From: Myxococcota bacterium | Lineage (GTDB): Bacteria > Myxococcota_A > UBA796 > GCA-2862545 | Assembly (NCBI GenBank): GCA_039208735.1 | Contig: JBCCQY010000115.1 | Location: forward strand, 1 to 28,657 | Reading direction: 5' to 3' | Length of the DNA: 28,657 nt | Shown: in pieces, positions 1 through 8,227 of the stretch | How the letters are laid out: each line of letters opens with the position of its first letter | Numbering within the stretch: position 1 is the first letter of the stretch | Notes under the pieces: model-generated | Databases searched by the model: none | Told to the model about the DNA's origin: nothing | Seen by the model: only the letters and a program-made list of their open reading frames with translations | Made by a program: the position numbers and the translations under genes

Positions 1-427
1 CCGCGACCGCTTCCGCCATCACGGCGGCGAGCGCTCCCTGACGGAGTTCGCCGGCGAGCAACATGGCCACAAACCCCTGCTCGGGCTCGGTGAGGGCCTC
101 AAAGAGCTGACGAAGAGCCTCCATGCGCCGGGCCTTGCTGCCTTTGCCCGCGATGTCACGAATGGTGCTGAAGGCCGTGTCGAGATCGTCGACGCGGACG
201 GAAGGCGTCGAGGAGGGTGGCGTCCCTCGAAGCTCGGACAACGTGGCGTAGCCCACCCCAATGCGGCCCTGGCGCAGTTCGCCGGCCAACCACGGCACCA
301 CGATGGGGAGAACCTCCGCACTGGAGGCATCGAGCAGTTCGGCCAACGCTCCAATCTTGGTCTTGCGGGAGCGCGTGCCGGCCACACGCTGATTGACGGC
401 CACGATGTCCGCGAGCAACGGCTTCAT
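1..427 (-). CDS. ATP-dependent DNA ligase, N-terminal DNA-binding region (LigB/archaeal-like); partial, runs off the left edge
   Basis: Not in the ORF track. Manual translation from ATG at 427 gives MKPLLADIVAVNQRVAGTRSRKTKIGALAELL...WLAGELRQGRIGVGYATL...IAGKGSKARRMEALRQLFEALTEPEQGFVAMLLAGELRQGALAAVMAEAVA, open to the edge. This pattern is typical of the DNA_ligase_A_N region of mycobacterial LigB-type ligases. The catalytic KxDG motif lies outside the window. Confidence 0.88.
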   Translation of the reverse strand, partial: MKPLLADIVAVNQRVAGTRSRKTKIGALAELLDASSAEVLPIVVPWLAGELRQGRIGVGYATLSELRGTPPSSTPSVRVDDLDTAFSTIRDIAGKGSKARRMEALRQLFEALTEPEQGFVAMLLAGELRQGALAAVMAEAVA

Positions 428-464
428 GGGGGGGTTCTAACGCCGCTGGGTTACGCCACGAGTC

Positions 465-869
465 ATGGACGGCGCTGTCGCTGGACTTCCCGCTTGGGTT
501 GCCCCGGTGCTCGTAGGGATGTCGGTGCTCTCGGGACTGGGACTGGTGGGGGCTGCGGTGGCGCTGCCTCGCGTCCTGGCGGGTCTGCCCGTGGACTACC
601 TGCACACCCCCGAAGTGGTGGTGACCCATCCAACGGTGTGGCTAGGCCGCGCGCTAGTGGCGATTGGGCTAGCGTTCGCGGGCCTCGCCATGCTGGTCTT
701 GCCCGGTCAGGGCGTGTTGACGCTGTTGGCCGCCGCCCTTGTGAGTCCCGTACGAGGCAAGAAGCACGTTGTGCGGTGGCTACTGGGCTTTGACATCGTG
801 TTTCGGGCGGTCACGATGTTGCGCGCCCGTCGAGGAGCCCCTCCGTTGCGTCCGCTGGTTCAGGACTGA
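465..869 (+). CDS. Small membrane protein, PGPGW-like family
   Basis: 134 aa with hydrophobic segments and AMLVLPGQGVLTLL, resembling the LPGPG(W) signature. Confidence 0.7.
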   Translation: MDGAVAGLPAWVAPVLVGMSVLSGLGLVGAAVALPRVLAGLPVDYLHTPEVVVTHPTVWLGRALVAIGLAFAGLAMLVLPGQGVLTLLAAALVSPVRGKKHVVRWLLGFDIVFRAVTMLRARRGAPPLRPLVQD

Positions 870-1672
870 GACGGCACCGCGAGGGGCGTTGCCTTTCGCT
901 CATAGGCTCTTTCGTCTTGATGGCGACGAGGCACTCGCGACTCCCAAACGAACAGTTCAGGCATTTCGATTGCAGTTAGGAAGCCACCTTTGCCGCATCC
1001 TGTGTCGATGGCGATCACCTGTTCACCGGCCCATAGGTCAGCCGGATCCTCGGGGGTGTAGCTCGACAGTTCACGAGGAAGGAGGCTGGTCACGGTGTGG
1101 CCGACGATGCAGGTCTTTCCTCGGTAGTTCTTGAAAAAGTCCATGGTCCGGGTCCACAACAGGCTGGCCGTCTGTTCAACCTCGGAGGGGTGGAGGAACC
1201 GACCGTCCACTTTGGGCAGACCCGCGTGCACGTAGATCGCGTGTTCGTCTTCGAAGTACAGCGGCAGTTCGTGGAGCCACTCGACCACGTCGTCAGGGAA
1301 GAACGAGCCGGAGAGCAGTTGCTCCCACTCCTCATCGTTGGCCGGCGGAGCGTCACGGGCCCCGCCCACGAAACTCCGGTAGCAGGCCACGCAGCCGTTC
1401 GATGGCGGGAGGATGAAGCCATCCCAGCCTTCCGTCAGCACGCGAAGCCAGGCGTCTTCGTGGTTTCCCCGCAGGGGGACGATGCGCGCCCCGGAGTGGG
1501 GCAGGTCGAACCGGATGAAGTCGATCACCTCGCGGCTCTGGGGGCCGCGGTCGACGTAATCACCAAGGAAAACGAGCGTATCGTCGCTCCCAATCGGGCC
1601 GATGTGCTGAAGGAGTTCCAGAAGCGCATCGAGCTCTCCGTGGATATCTCCGATGGCAAAGGTTCGCCGCAT
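860..1672 (-). CDS. Metallophosphoesterase / PPP-family Ser/Thr protein phosphatase
   Basis: Motifs GDIHG, GDYVDRG, RGNHE, YVHAG, VGHT and IDTG. Start placed at ATG 1672 (MRRTFAIGDIHG), 270 aa; the ORF-track extension to 1966 overlaps another gene. Confidence 0.93.
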   Translation of the reverse strand: MRRTFAIGDIHGELDALLELLQHIGPIGSDDTLVFLGDYVDRGPQSREVIDFIRFDLPHSGARIVPLRGNHEDAWLRVLTEGWDGFILPPSNGCVACYRSFVGGARDAPPANDEEWEQLLSGSFFPDDVVEWLHELPLYFEDEHAIYVHAGLPKVDGRFLHPSEVEQTASLLWTRTMDFFKNYRGKTCIVGHTVTSLLPRELSSYTPEDPADLWAGEQVIAIDTGCGKGGFLTAIEMPELFVWESRVPRRHQDERAYERKATPLAVPSQS

Positions 1673-1765
1673 GTCGTCCCCAAAGCTTGAAGGCTCTCTC
1701 GGATCTGGGCCTTGGCGGCGCGTTGCAGCTTGGTTACTCGCGTTCCTCCCGTTTTTGGAGACCCG

Positions 1766-1909
1766 ATGCTCGTTCGTCGTCGCAACAAGTCCGCACGCCT
1801 CAAGGCCATGCTCAAGCGCAAGAAGGGCAAGGAGCGTCTGCGCAAGGCGGGTCGCCTCAAGAAGCGGCGCAATGGCGGCCGTCTCGTGAAGGTTGTTCGC
1901 AAGGCCTAA
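1766..1909 (+). CDS. Very basic 47-aa small protein of unknown function
   Basis: GGAG at 1757-1760, ATG at 1766, TAA ending 1909. Sequence MLVRRRNKSARLKAMLKRKKGKERLRKAGRLKKRRNGGRLVKVVRKA. All Lys codons are AAG and Arg is mostly CGC/CGT. It fills the gap between two minus-strand genes. Confidence 0.78.
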   Translation: MLVRRRNKSARLKAMLKRKKGKERLRKAGRLKKRRNGGRLVKVVRKA

Positions 1910-1916
1910 GGTCGGC

Positions 1917-3032
1917 CTAGGGGGCGAAAAGGCCGCTCGTCGCGAGCCACGCGGCCATGACCCCAAGCAGACCTACGCCAGCCAGACTGCAAGCCACGAT
2001 CACGATCACCCCGGGTCCGGAACGACGATCGGGGGACGACCGTTCGTGGTCGAGGCGTGCAGATCGGGACGAGTGTGATTGCACGATGGGGTCCGGATCG
2101 AGCGAGGGCATCGGCGCGACCGGCAAACGCGGTCGATCGAGACCCAGTCGTTCGGCGACGGGCGTGCCCACGGGATGGGTGGTTGTGCCTGATAAGGGCA
2201 GTGAAACCGGCTCAATTTCTCGGAGGGCCTCGGTTAGGGCCTCACGGAATGCGTGCGCGGTGGGATAGCGCGCGTCGGAGCGCTTGTGCGTGGCCTTTGC
2301 GACCACCTGCAACAAGCCAGGGTCGAGCACCTGCGCGTCGGGAAGCGGTCGCATGAGATGTCCGGCACGGGCGGTCGCAGGATCGGTGCCAAAGGGCGGA
2401 CGGCCCGCGAGCCATGCGTGCAGCAGGGTGCCCACGGCATAAAGGTCGGTGCGCGCGGTCCGCGGTTGTCCGCGCAACCCCTCGGGCGTGGCCCAGGTCG
2501 ACCCGCCAGCGGGGTCCACCGGCGGGGCGGTGGCGTCGATGAGGCGGAGCTTCCCATCGTCGCCAACCCACAGGCTTGCCTTGGCGATCGAGCCGTGTGG
2601 ACCGGCGGCGCCGTGGTAGCGGGCAAGTCCGTCGAGCAGGCCCAGAATGGCGACCACGATCGAGCGGCGCCGGGTGCGTGTGGGATCGGGGAGATCGGCA
2701 TGCAGGGCCAACGGGGCCCCGTCAAACCACTCGAGGGCGACCCACCATCGCCACGGACTGGTTTGCGGAGGCATGGTGCCTTGATCCACCACCACGGGGA
2801 ACGCAGGGTGCCGAACCGCAATGCGCACGGGGTTGGGGGGAATGTTCGAGAATCGGATGCGTACCCGTTGGCGCGATCGCTCGTCGATCGCATTGATCAC
2901 CCACGCATCCCGGGTGCGGCTCACCGGCGTTGCAAGGCGGAAGCGCTCGCCGAGGAGGCGTCCCGGAGCGATGGAGTCTTCGACGCCCTCGGTGGGCGCC
3001 TCGCTCGGGTGTTCGGATCCCGGGTCGGTCAT
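1917..3032 (-). CDS. Membrane-anchored Hanks-type Ser/Thr kinase-like protein, probable pseudokinase
   Basis: Kinase scaffold visible: PGRLLGERFRL, RHPAFPVVVDQG, ALEWFDG, WATPE, TDLYAVG, GRPPF, ATHKRSDARY. Catalytic motifs are replaced (HGSIAKAS for HRDxKPxN, DAT for DFG). C-terminal TM helix. 371 aa from ATG 3032. Confidence 0.82.
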   Translation of the reverse strand: MTDPGSEHPSEAPTEGVEDSIAPGRLLGERFRLATPVSRTRDAWVINAIDERSRQRVRIRFSNIPPNPVRIAVRHPAFPVVVDQGTMPPQTSPWRWWVALEWFDGAPLALHADLPDPTRTRRRSIVVAILGLLDGLARYHGAAGPHGSIAKASLWVGDDGKLRLIDATAPPVDPAGGSTWATPEGLRGQPRTARTDLYAVGTLLHAWLAGRPPFGTDPATARAGHLMRPLPDAQVLDPGLLQVVAKATHKRSDARYPTAHAFREALTEALREIEPVSLPLSGTTTHPVGTPVAERLGLDRPRLPVAPMPSLDPDPIVQSHSSRSARLDHERSSPDRRSGPGVIVIVACSLAGVGLLGVMAAWLATSGLFAP

Positions 3033-3103
3033 GGCCAGGCGCCCTAACCGCAACGGGTTCCAGAAGCACCGTCATCGGTTACGGCCCGAGGCGGGGAGCA
3101 CCG

Positions 3104-3700
3104 ATGATTGGACCCGAAGACGACGACGATCCCGACACCGGAGTCTTGATCCAAGAGGAGTTCACACGCCGCATCAAGGTCGATGAGGTCGCTGGCAACA
3201 TCGACCCAGACGCCACCGTGGTGCGAACGCCAGCCGCTCGTGGTGAGGCCAAAGCCGACAAGGCGGCCGAATGGATGGAGGAGGCCCTCAAGCACTCCGC
3301 GACCGTGGTGCGCAAGGTTGATGACGAAGATCTCGATACCATTCGGGCCGAGGTCGTCGATGAGTTGCCGCGTCCTCCGACGCGGTCCAAGCCTGTCTTG
3401 AAAACCCGTCTGGCCTCGGCGCCCACGAAGCGTACGCGCGTTCCCGTGTTGTCGGCCGAAGTCCGAATGGATCCGTCGGTGACGGACGAGGGCAAGCCGG
3501 CGCCGAAGGCGGAACCGGAGTCCGCGACCCCGCCTCCGGTGGCGGAAAAAACCGTGCCCGAGCACACCGAACCCACGGGGAGCGCATCGCTGCCTGCGGC
3601 CGAGCCCGGCTGGGTCGCGATTCAGTCGAGTCTTGCCGGGCTTGGATTGAGCGCGGTTGTCGGCATGGTGGTGCTGACGGGCTTCTGGATCATGCGGTAG
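3104..3700 (+). CDS. Acidic/Pro-rich low-complexity protein with C-terminal transmembrane anchor
   Basis: GGGGAG upstream of ATG 3104; 198 aa; ends in the hydrophobic tail SLAGLGLSAVVGMVVLTGFWIMR. Confidence 0.72.
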   Translation: MIGPEDDDDPDTGVLIQEEFTRRIKVDEVAGNIDPDATVVRTPAARGEAKADKAAEWMEEALKHSATVVRKVDDEDLDTIRAEVVDELPRPPTRSKPVLKTRLASAPTKRTRVPVLSAEVRMDPSVTDEGKPAPKAEPESATPPPVAEKTVPEHTEPTGSASLPAAEPGWVAIQSSLAGLGLSAVVGMVVLTGFWIMR

Positions 3701-5249
3701 GGCGTGAGGGATCGGTGCGCCGTCGCACCACCGGGTCGACGAGCGGCGCTTCGTGGTGCGTCCACGGACGCTTGGTGCTCGGGTCGACCTCGGCTAAGGC
3801 CCGTCGGTAGTCGGCGAAACGCCCGCCGGCTTCGTAGCCCCGCAGCATCGCGAGCCCGGTCTCGGCTCCGCCTTGCGCCAACTCGTACTCGATCCATGCC
3901 CACCGCGCAGACACGGGCCGCAGCTCTGCGGCTCCCTTGAGTCGCTTCTTGAGATCGCGCATGCGGCGATCGATCGTCTTGATGCCGGCGAACGGGGCGC
4001 CATCGAGGGGGGTGGAGCGCTTGGCTACGAACGGCGCGATGCCCATCACGAGTCGAGCCGGGCGGCACGCCGCGGACAGTTCTCGGGTGAACCTTGCGAG
4101 TTCTTCGAGGTCGGCATCGTTTTCATCGGGAACGCCGATCACCATGTAGAGCTTGAAGTGCGAAAAGCCGACGTCGCCGGCTTGACGCGCGCAGGCCAGC
4201 AAGTGGTCTTCGGTGGTGGTCTTCTTGAGAAGCCGCCGGACCCGCTCCGACGCCCCATCGCTCGCCGTGGTTAGGGAACGGGCGCCACTCTGAGCCAAGT
4301 ACTTGGCAATTTCAGGCTTACGGGCGATCTGGTCGGCGCGCAATGACGAGAGCGACACCCGCTTGCCAGCCCGCGCGAGGGTGCCAATGAGATCGATGAG
4401 TTGGGGATGATCGCTAATTGCAGCGCCCACCAGGCCCACCTTCTGGGCCTCTTCGGGGATGAACGAGAGGATCTCGTTTGGAGGAACGAGCCGCATGCCG
4501 CCATGGGTCGTGCGGCGCATCACGCAGAAGGTGCACATGCGGTGGCACCCACGCTCCCCTTCGATGAGGAACATGTCGGAGAGTTCGGCCTCCGGGGCCA
4601 GCCACAACGAGCGAGCGGGGAGGTGCCGATCCGAGGCGGTGGTCGCGATGGGAAAGCGGTCGCCCTGTCGCTCGGGAACCCACCCTCCGGGCAAGCTTGC
4701 GATGCCATCGAGCCATTCGTCGCGCGTCGACGCATCAAAGAACGTGGTCGCGGCGGTGGCCGCAACGTCTTCGCCTTCCCCGAGGATGGCGGCATCGATG
4801 AATTCGGCAAGGAACGAGGGGCTCGCCATGCTGATCGGACCCCCGAGCAGGATCTGGGGATGCCCCGGGCGCCGGTCCTCCCGGCGGATCGGGATGCCGG
4901 CGAGGCGGAGCACGTCAAACAGGCCGATCAACTCCGTTTCGTAGGCGAAGGACACCGCAATCAGCGGAAATTGGTCGAGGGGAGTCAGCGTTTCGTACGA
5001 CAGGGGCGGCACGCGAGCCGTGTCATGAACCGCGACATCATCGGGCACAAAGACCCGTTCAACGGAGAGTCCAGCCGATCTGAGCAATGCGATGATGCGT
5101 TGGTACCCCAGCGACGACATGCCTGCGCGGTACGGCGACGGGTACACCATCGCGACCCGGTAGGGACCCTCACGAAACGCTTCGGGTCCGACGAGGCGCT
5201 CACGACCTCGTCGTGCCACGATTGCATCACTGATCGAACGTCGGCTCAT
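3690..5249 (-). CDS. Radical SAM protein with B12-binding-like N-terminal domain
   Basis: CxxxCxxC motif in RGCHRMCTFC; N-terminal VYPSPYRAGMSSLGYQ; SSLRAD and KLYMVIGVP strands. AAGGAG precedes ATG 5249. 519 aa. Confidence 0.88.
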   Translation of the reverse strand: MSRRSISDAIVARRGRERLVGPEAFREGPYRVAMVYPSPYRAGMSSLGYQRIIALLRSAGLSVERVFVPDDVAVHDTARVPPLSYETLTPLDQFPLIAVSFAYETELIGLFDVLRLAGIPIRREDRRPGHPQILLGGPISMASPSFLAEFIDAAILGEGEDVAATAATTFFDASTRDEWLDGIASLPGGWVPERQGDRFPIATTASDRHLPARSLWLAPEAELSDMFLIEGERGCHRMCTFCVMRRTTHGGMRLVPPNEILSFIPEEAQKVGLVGAAISDHPQLIDLIGTLARAGKRVSLSSLRADQIARKPEIAKYLAQSGARSLTTASDGASERVRRLLKKTTTEDHLLACARQAGDVGFSHFKLYMVIGVPDENDADLEELARFTRELSAACRPARLVMGIAPFVAKRSTPLDGAPFAGIKTIDRRMRDLKKRLKGAAELRPVSARWAWIEYELAQGGAETGLAMLRGYEAGGRFADYRRALAEVDPSTKRPWTHHEAPLVDPVVRRRTDPSRPTA

Positions 5250-5300
5250 GGTCTCCTTGCGCAGAGCATGCGTTAATCTCGCCAAGGTCGGAGGAAGCGC

Positions 5301-6041
5301 ATGATCGCTCTGTTCGCGCTACAGGGATTCGCCTGGGCGGCCCAGCCGTCCCACAAACTCGAGTGGCGGCTCTCCGTCGATGGCCAACCGATTGGCCAAC
5401 GCACGCTCACGGTTCGCTACCTCGAAGGCGAGGCGGGCACCAACCGCATCCTCGAGTCCTATACTGACATTGATGGCAAGGTGGGACCCGTCACCGTGCG
5501 CTATCGGCAGCGCCTGACCGCCCACGTCGATGCTCGGGAACCTGCGTCGTTTCACTCCGTGGTCGACAACGGTGGAACGAAAATCGAGGTGCAGGGCCGA
5601 TGGACGCCCACGAGCTGGGTGGTCACAACGACGGCGAACGGGCGTTCCCGCACGAGTCCGTTCGAACTGACCCACATCAATCTTTCATCGGCGGACCTGC
5701 TCGACCCCTACACCCGTCGCCCGCTCTCACACTACGTCAAGGCTCAGGCGCGCGTCCTGTCGACCTCGTCGGGCGAGATTGCGTCGGGTGAGGTGGAGTC
5801 GCTTGGGGTGAGCCAATGGTCGGCCGGTGGGCAGGCCGTCCAGGTCTCGGGCTACGCGTGGACGTCTCCGGAAGGTCGTTCTGAATACTACTATTCGCCG
5901 GATGGGTTCCTGGTTCGGTACCGAACCCAGTTGTTGGGCGCCACGATCGATGCCCAGCTGGTCGGTCCCGTGCCCGACGGGATCGACGATTTCCCCGTGG
6001 GGGCGTTGACGCCCGCCGTCGAGCAGGTCGAGGTCCGGTGA
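5301..6041 (+). CDS. Putative secreted beta-rich protein (DUF6134/DUF3108-like)
   Basis: GGAGG RBS at 5290-5294; short signal-like N-terminus MIALFALQGFAWA; alternating beta-strand pattern (LEWRLSVDGQPIG...). Family assignment is tentative. Confidence 0.7.
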   Translation: MIALFALQGFAWAAQPSHKLEWRLSVDGQPIGQRTLTVRYLEGEAGTNRILESYTDIDGKVGPVTVRYRQRLTAHVDAREPASFHSVVDNGGTKIEVQGRWTPTSWVVTTTANGRSRTSPFELTHINLSSADLLDPYTRRPLSHYVKAQARVLSTSSGEIASGEVESLGVSQWSAGGQAVQVSGYAWTSPEGRSEYYYSPDGFLVRYRTQLLGATIDAQLVGPVPDGIDDFPVGALTPAVEQVEVR

Positions 6042-6499
6042 TCGCGCGCCGCCACGTGCCGGTCATCTCTGTGATGACCCCATTTCCCGTCCACGTGTCG
6101 TCGGAGACCTCGGTCATTGCTGCGGCATCGATGATGCGAGGCCACGATGTGCGGCATCTGCCGGTGGTGGCCGGTGGCGATGTGGTGGGACTGGTGCGGG
6201 CGGCGGACCTCGAACTGGCCACCGCGCTGACCGCATCGATGGAGTTGCCCGTGTCCCGGCTTTGCGTGGTGGAGCCCTTGGTCTTCGAAATCGATGAACC
6301 GCTGGAGGGCGTCGTTCGGGCCATGTCGGCCGAGGGTCATGATGCGGCGGTCGTGCTGCGCCAGGGTCGGTTGGCGGGCCTGGTCACCACGGCCGACATC
6401 TGCCACTACTTGTGGCGCGATCCCGAGGCTCCGGTGTTGCTGCCTCCACCCGCGCCCCAGCCCTTTTCGGCAGGGCCTCCCGATGACGGTGCGGCATGA
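6038..6499 (+). CDS. CBS domain pair protein
   Basis: VMTPFPVHVSSETSV...HLPVVAGGDVVGLV and a second repeat ending GRLAGLVTTADI. Overlaps both neighbours by 4 nt (GTGA, ATGA). Confidence 0.88.
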   Translation: MIARRHVPVISVMTPFPVHVSSETSVIAAASMMRGHDVRHLPVVAGGDVVGLVRAADLELATALTASMELPVSRLCVVEPLVFEIDEPLEGVVRAMSAEGHDAAVVLRQGRLAGLVTTADICHYLWRDPEAPVLLPPPAPQPFSAGPPDDGAA

Positions 6500-6981
6500 G
6501 CGACGACGATCTCACCCATGTCGACGCTGTGGGGAACGCGCGAATGGTCGATGTGGGCGACAAAGCGGTGACCACGCGAACCGCGACCGCTCGAGGCACC
6601 ATTTCGCTGTCGCGCAGCGCGTTGCAGGCCGTGATCGACCGTTCGGCCAAGAAGGGGGACGTGCTGACGATCGCCCAGATCGCCGGCATTACGGGCGCCA
6701 AGCGTACCGCGGACCTCATTCCGCTGTGCCATCCGCTTCCGTTGTCGGGGGTGGATCTCACCTTCGAGATCGACGAGGTCCGCAGCTGCATCACGTGCAG
6801 GGCCACGGTCCGTACCGACGGTCGCACCGGCGTCGAGATGGAAGCCCTCACCGCGGTGAGCACGGCGCTGTTGACGGTCTACGACATGCTCAAGGCGGTG
6901 GACCGGACGATGACGCTGTCCGAGATCGCACTTCTGCATAAGGCGGGTGGCCGAACGGGAACCTGGCGGCGCGACGGCTGA
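6496..6981 (+). CDS. moaC: Cyclic pyranopterin monophosphate synthase MoaC
   Basis: Signature motifs LTHVD..GNARMVDV, KKGDVL, AKRTADLIPLCHPL, TGVEMEALT and YDMLKAVDR. Confidence 0.97.
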   Translation: MSDDDLTHVDAVGNARMVDVGDKAVTTRTATARGTISLSRSALQAVIDRSAKKGDVLTIAQIAGITGAKRTADLIPLCHPLPLSGVDLTFEIDEVRSCITCRATVRTDGRTGVEMEALTAVSTALLTVYDMLKAVDRTMTLSEIALLHKAGGRTGTWRRDG

Positions 6982-7017
6982 CCTCAAGGGCATTCCGAGG
7001 CGACCGATGTCTTCGCC

Positions 7018-7650
7018 ATGCCGCTGACCTCGCCGTTGCCTCCCATGTTCATTCAGGTGCCCGATGTCACGCCGACGCGGGTGCTCCATGCGTGCCAACA
7101 GCTCGAGCCCGTGGACGGCAAGCTGCAACTGTGCACCACCGAGTCGTTCGAGAGCGTGAGCACGGATTCAACGCTGCTGCTCTACTTCGAGGAGCGGCAG
7201 ACGTTCATGCAGCAGCCGGCCCGGGTACGAGCGCTGGAGCCCGGGCCCGATGAGGTTGGCACGTTGCTCACCCTCGAGCGGTTGGGGGAGGCCATCAACG
7301 CCGAGCAGCGCCAGGTCTACCGGGTGTCGTGCGTCAACGTGCCCATCCATGCGTCGATGGACCGTGAGTCGGACTGTCCGGTGGTGGACGTTTCGGCGAC
7401 GGGCTTTGGGGTCCGCTGCAAGAGCAAGTTTTCCACCGGGCAGCTCGTCACTGCGGTGTTGTCGTGGGACGGCGAAGGACTCAAGGGCACCGTCGCCATC
7501 GTGAGCGAGCGGTCCCTGACCGATGGGATGAATCGCTACGGGGTGCGGTGCGTGGATTCGGGCAACAACACCCGAGGGATGAACCTCAAGCGATCGCTCA
7601 CCCGCATCAGCCTTGCGGTTCAGCGGGAGCAGATGCGTCGCGTGCAGTGA
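7018..7650 (+). CDS. PilZ domain protein (c-di-GMP receptor)
   Basis: RxxxR (RQVYR) followed by DxSxxG (DVSATG) and a C-terminal RYGVRC strand; preceded by an N-terminal beta domain of about 95 aa. Confidence 0.85.
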   Translation: MPLTSPLPPMFIQVPDVTPTRVLHACQQLEPVDGKLQLCTTESFESVSTDSTLLLYFEERQTFMQQPARVRALEPGPDEVGTLLTLERLGEAINAEQRQVYRVSCVNVPIHASMDRESDCPVVDVSATGFGVRCKSKFSTGQLVTAVLSWDGEGLKGTVAIVSERSLTDGMNRYGVRCVDSGNNTRGMNLKRSLTRISLAVQREQMRRVQ

Positions 7651-7655
7651 CGCGA

Positions 7656-8117
7656 TCAGGCGATGACGTTTCGCCACACCATGAGGACGAGAATGGCGGT
7701 CCATCCCATGTGGAAGCCCACCGTCATCATGCGAAGGCTGCCCAAGCGGCCCTTCAGAGCGTCCGGATTGGCGTCGCCGCTCGCAATGGCCCCATGAACA
7801 CTGGCCAAGCCACGATCCGCGAATGCGAGGAGCCCCCACAGCCCGAGGGCGAGGGTGAGCGCGAGGTGAATGGGCCACGGCACCGCCCCCATCCCGCCGC
7901 TCCACACGATGAGGCCCACGCCCGTGGCGAGGATGCCGGCTGCACCGAGGTGGCCGAAGATGCCTGCACCGCCTGGTCCGGACTTGAACGCAGGATTGTC
8001 GGGGCCTGGATCGTTTGACAGCGCGCGGAGTTTGCCCGTGAGCTGGAGGGCCGCCGCAATCCACAGCGCCATCGAGAGGTAGTGCAGGAACTTGAGTCCC
8101 AGGTAGAGGCTGTCCAT
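7656..8117 (-). CDS. Four-helix membrane protein (DUF2269/CopD-like), function unknown
   Basis: Four hydrophobic segments with intramembrane His residues (LKFLHYL, FGHLG, PIHLA, GFHMG). GGAG lies 8 nt before ATG 8117; alternative GTG at 8126. Confidence 0.72.
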   Translation of the reverse strand: MDSLYLGLKFLHYLSMALWIAAALQLTGKLRALSNDPGPDNPAFKSGPGGAGIFGHLGAAGILATGVGLIVWSGGMGAVPWPIHLALTLALGLWGLLAFADRGLASVHGAIASGDANPDALKGRLGSLRMMTVGFHMGWTAILVLMVWRNVIA

Positions 8118-8227
8118 GGTCGTCACTCCGTTGTGGGCGATGGCCTATCGTTCAACAGGTCGTCGGCGCCAATGGCGCGGACGCATCCCGCCGAGATACG
8201 CCGTACGACGGAGCCAAAGGGGGGTTG

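Noticed and set aside
1673..1966. 98-codon N-terminal extension of the phosphatase in the ORF track
   Set aside because: It is the antisense of the basic small gene and overlaps the pseudokinase end. The family motif begins right after ATG 1672.
3690..5249. Radical SAM gene as moaA because moaC is nearby
   Set aside because: It lacks the C-terminal second-cluster cysteines and terminal GG of MoaA, and has a long B12-binding-like N-terminal region instead.
8126..8213. Possible cloverleaf or structured RNA in the divergent intergenic region (CTCCGTTGT...ACGACGGAG with inner hairpins)
   Set aside because: No tRNA T-loop or CCA arrangement. The stems depend on G-U pairs and are plausible by chance at this GC content.
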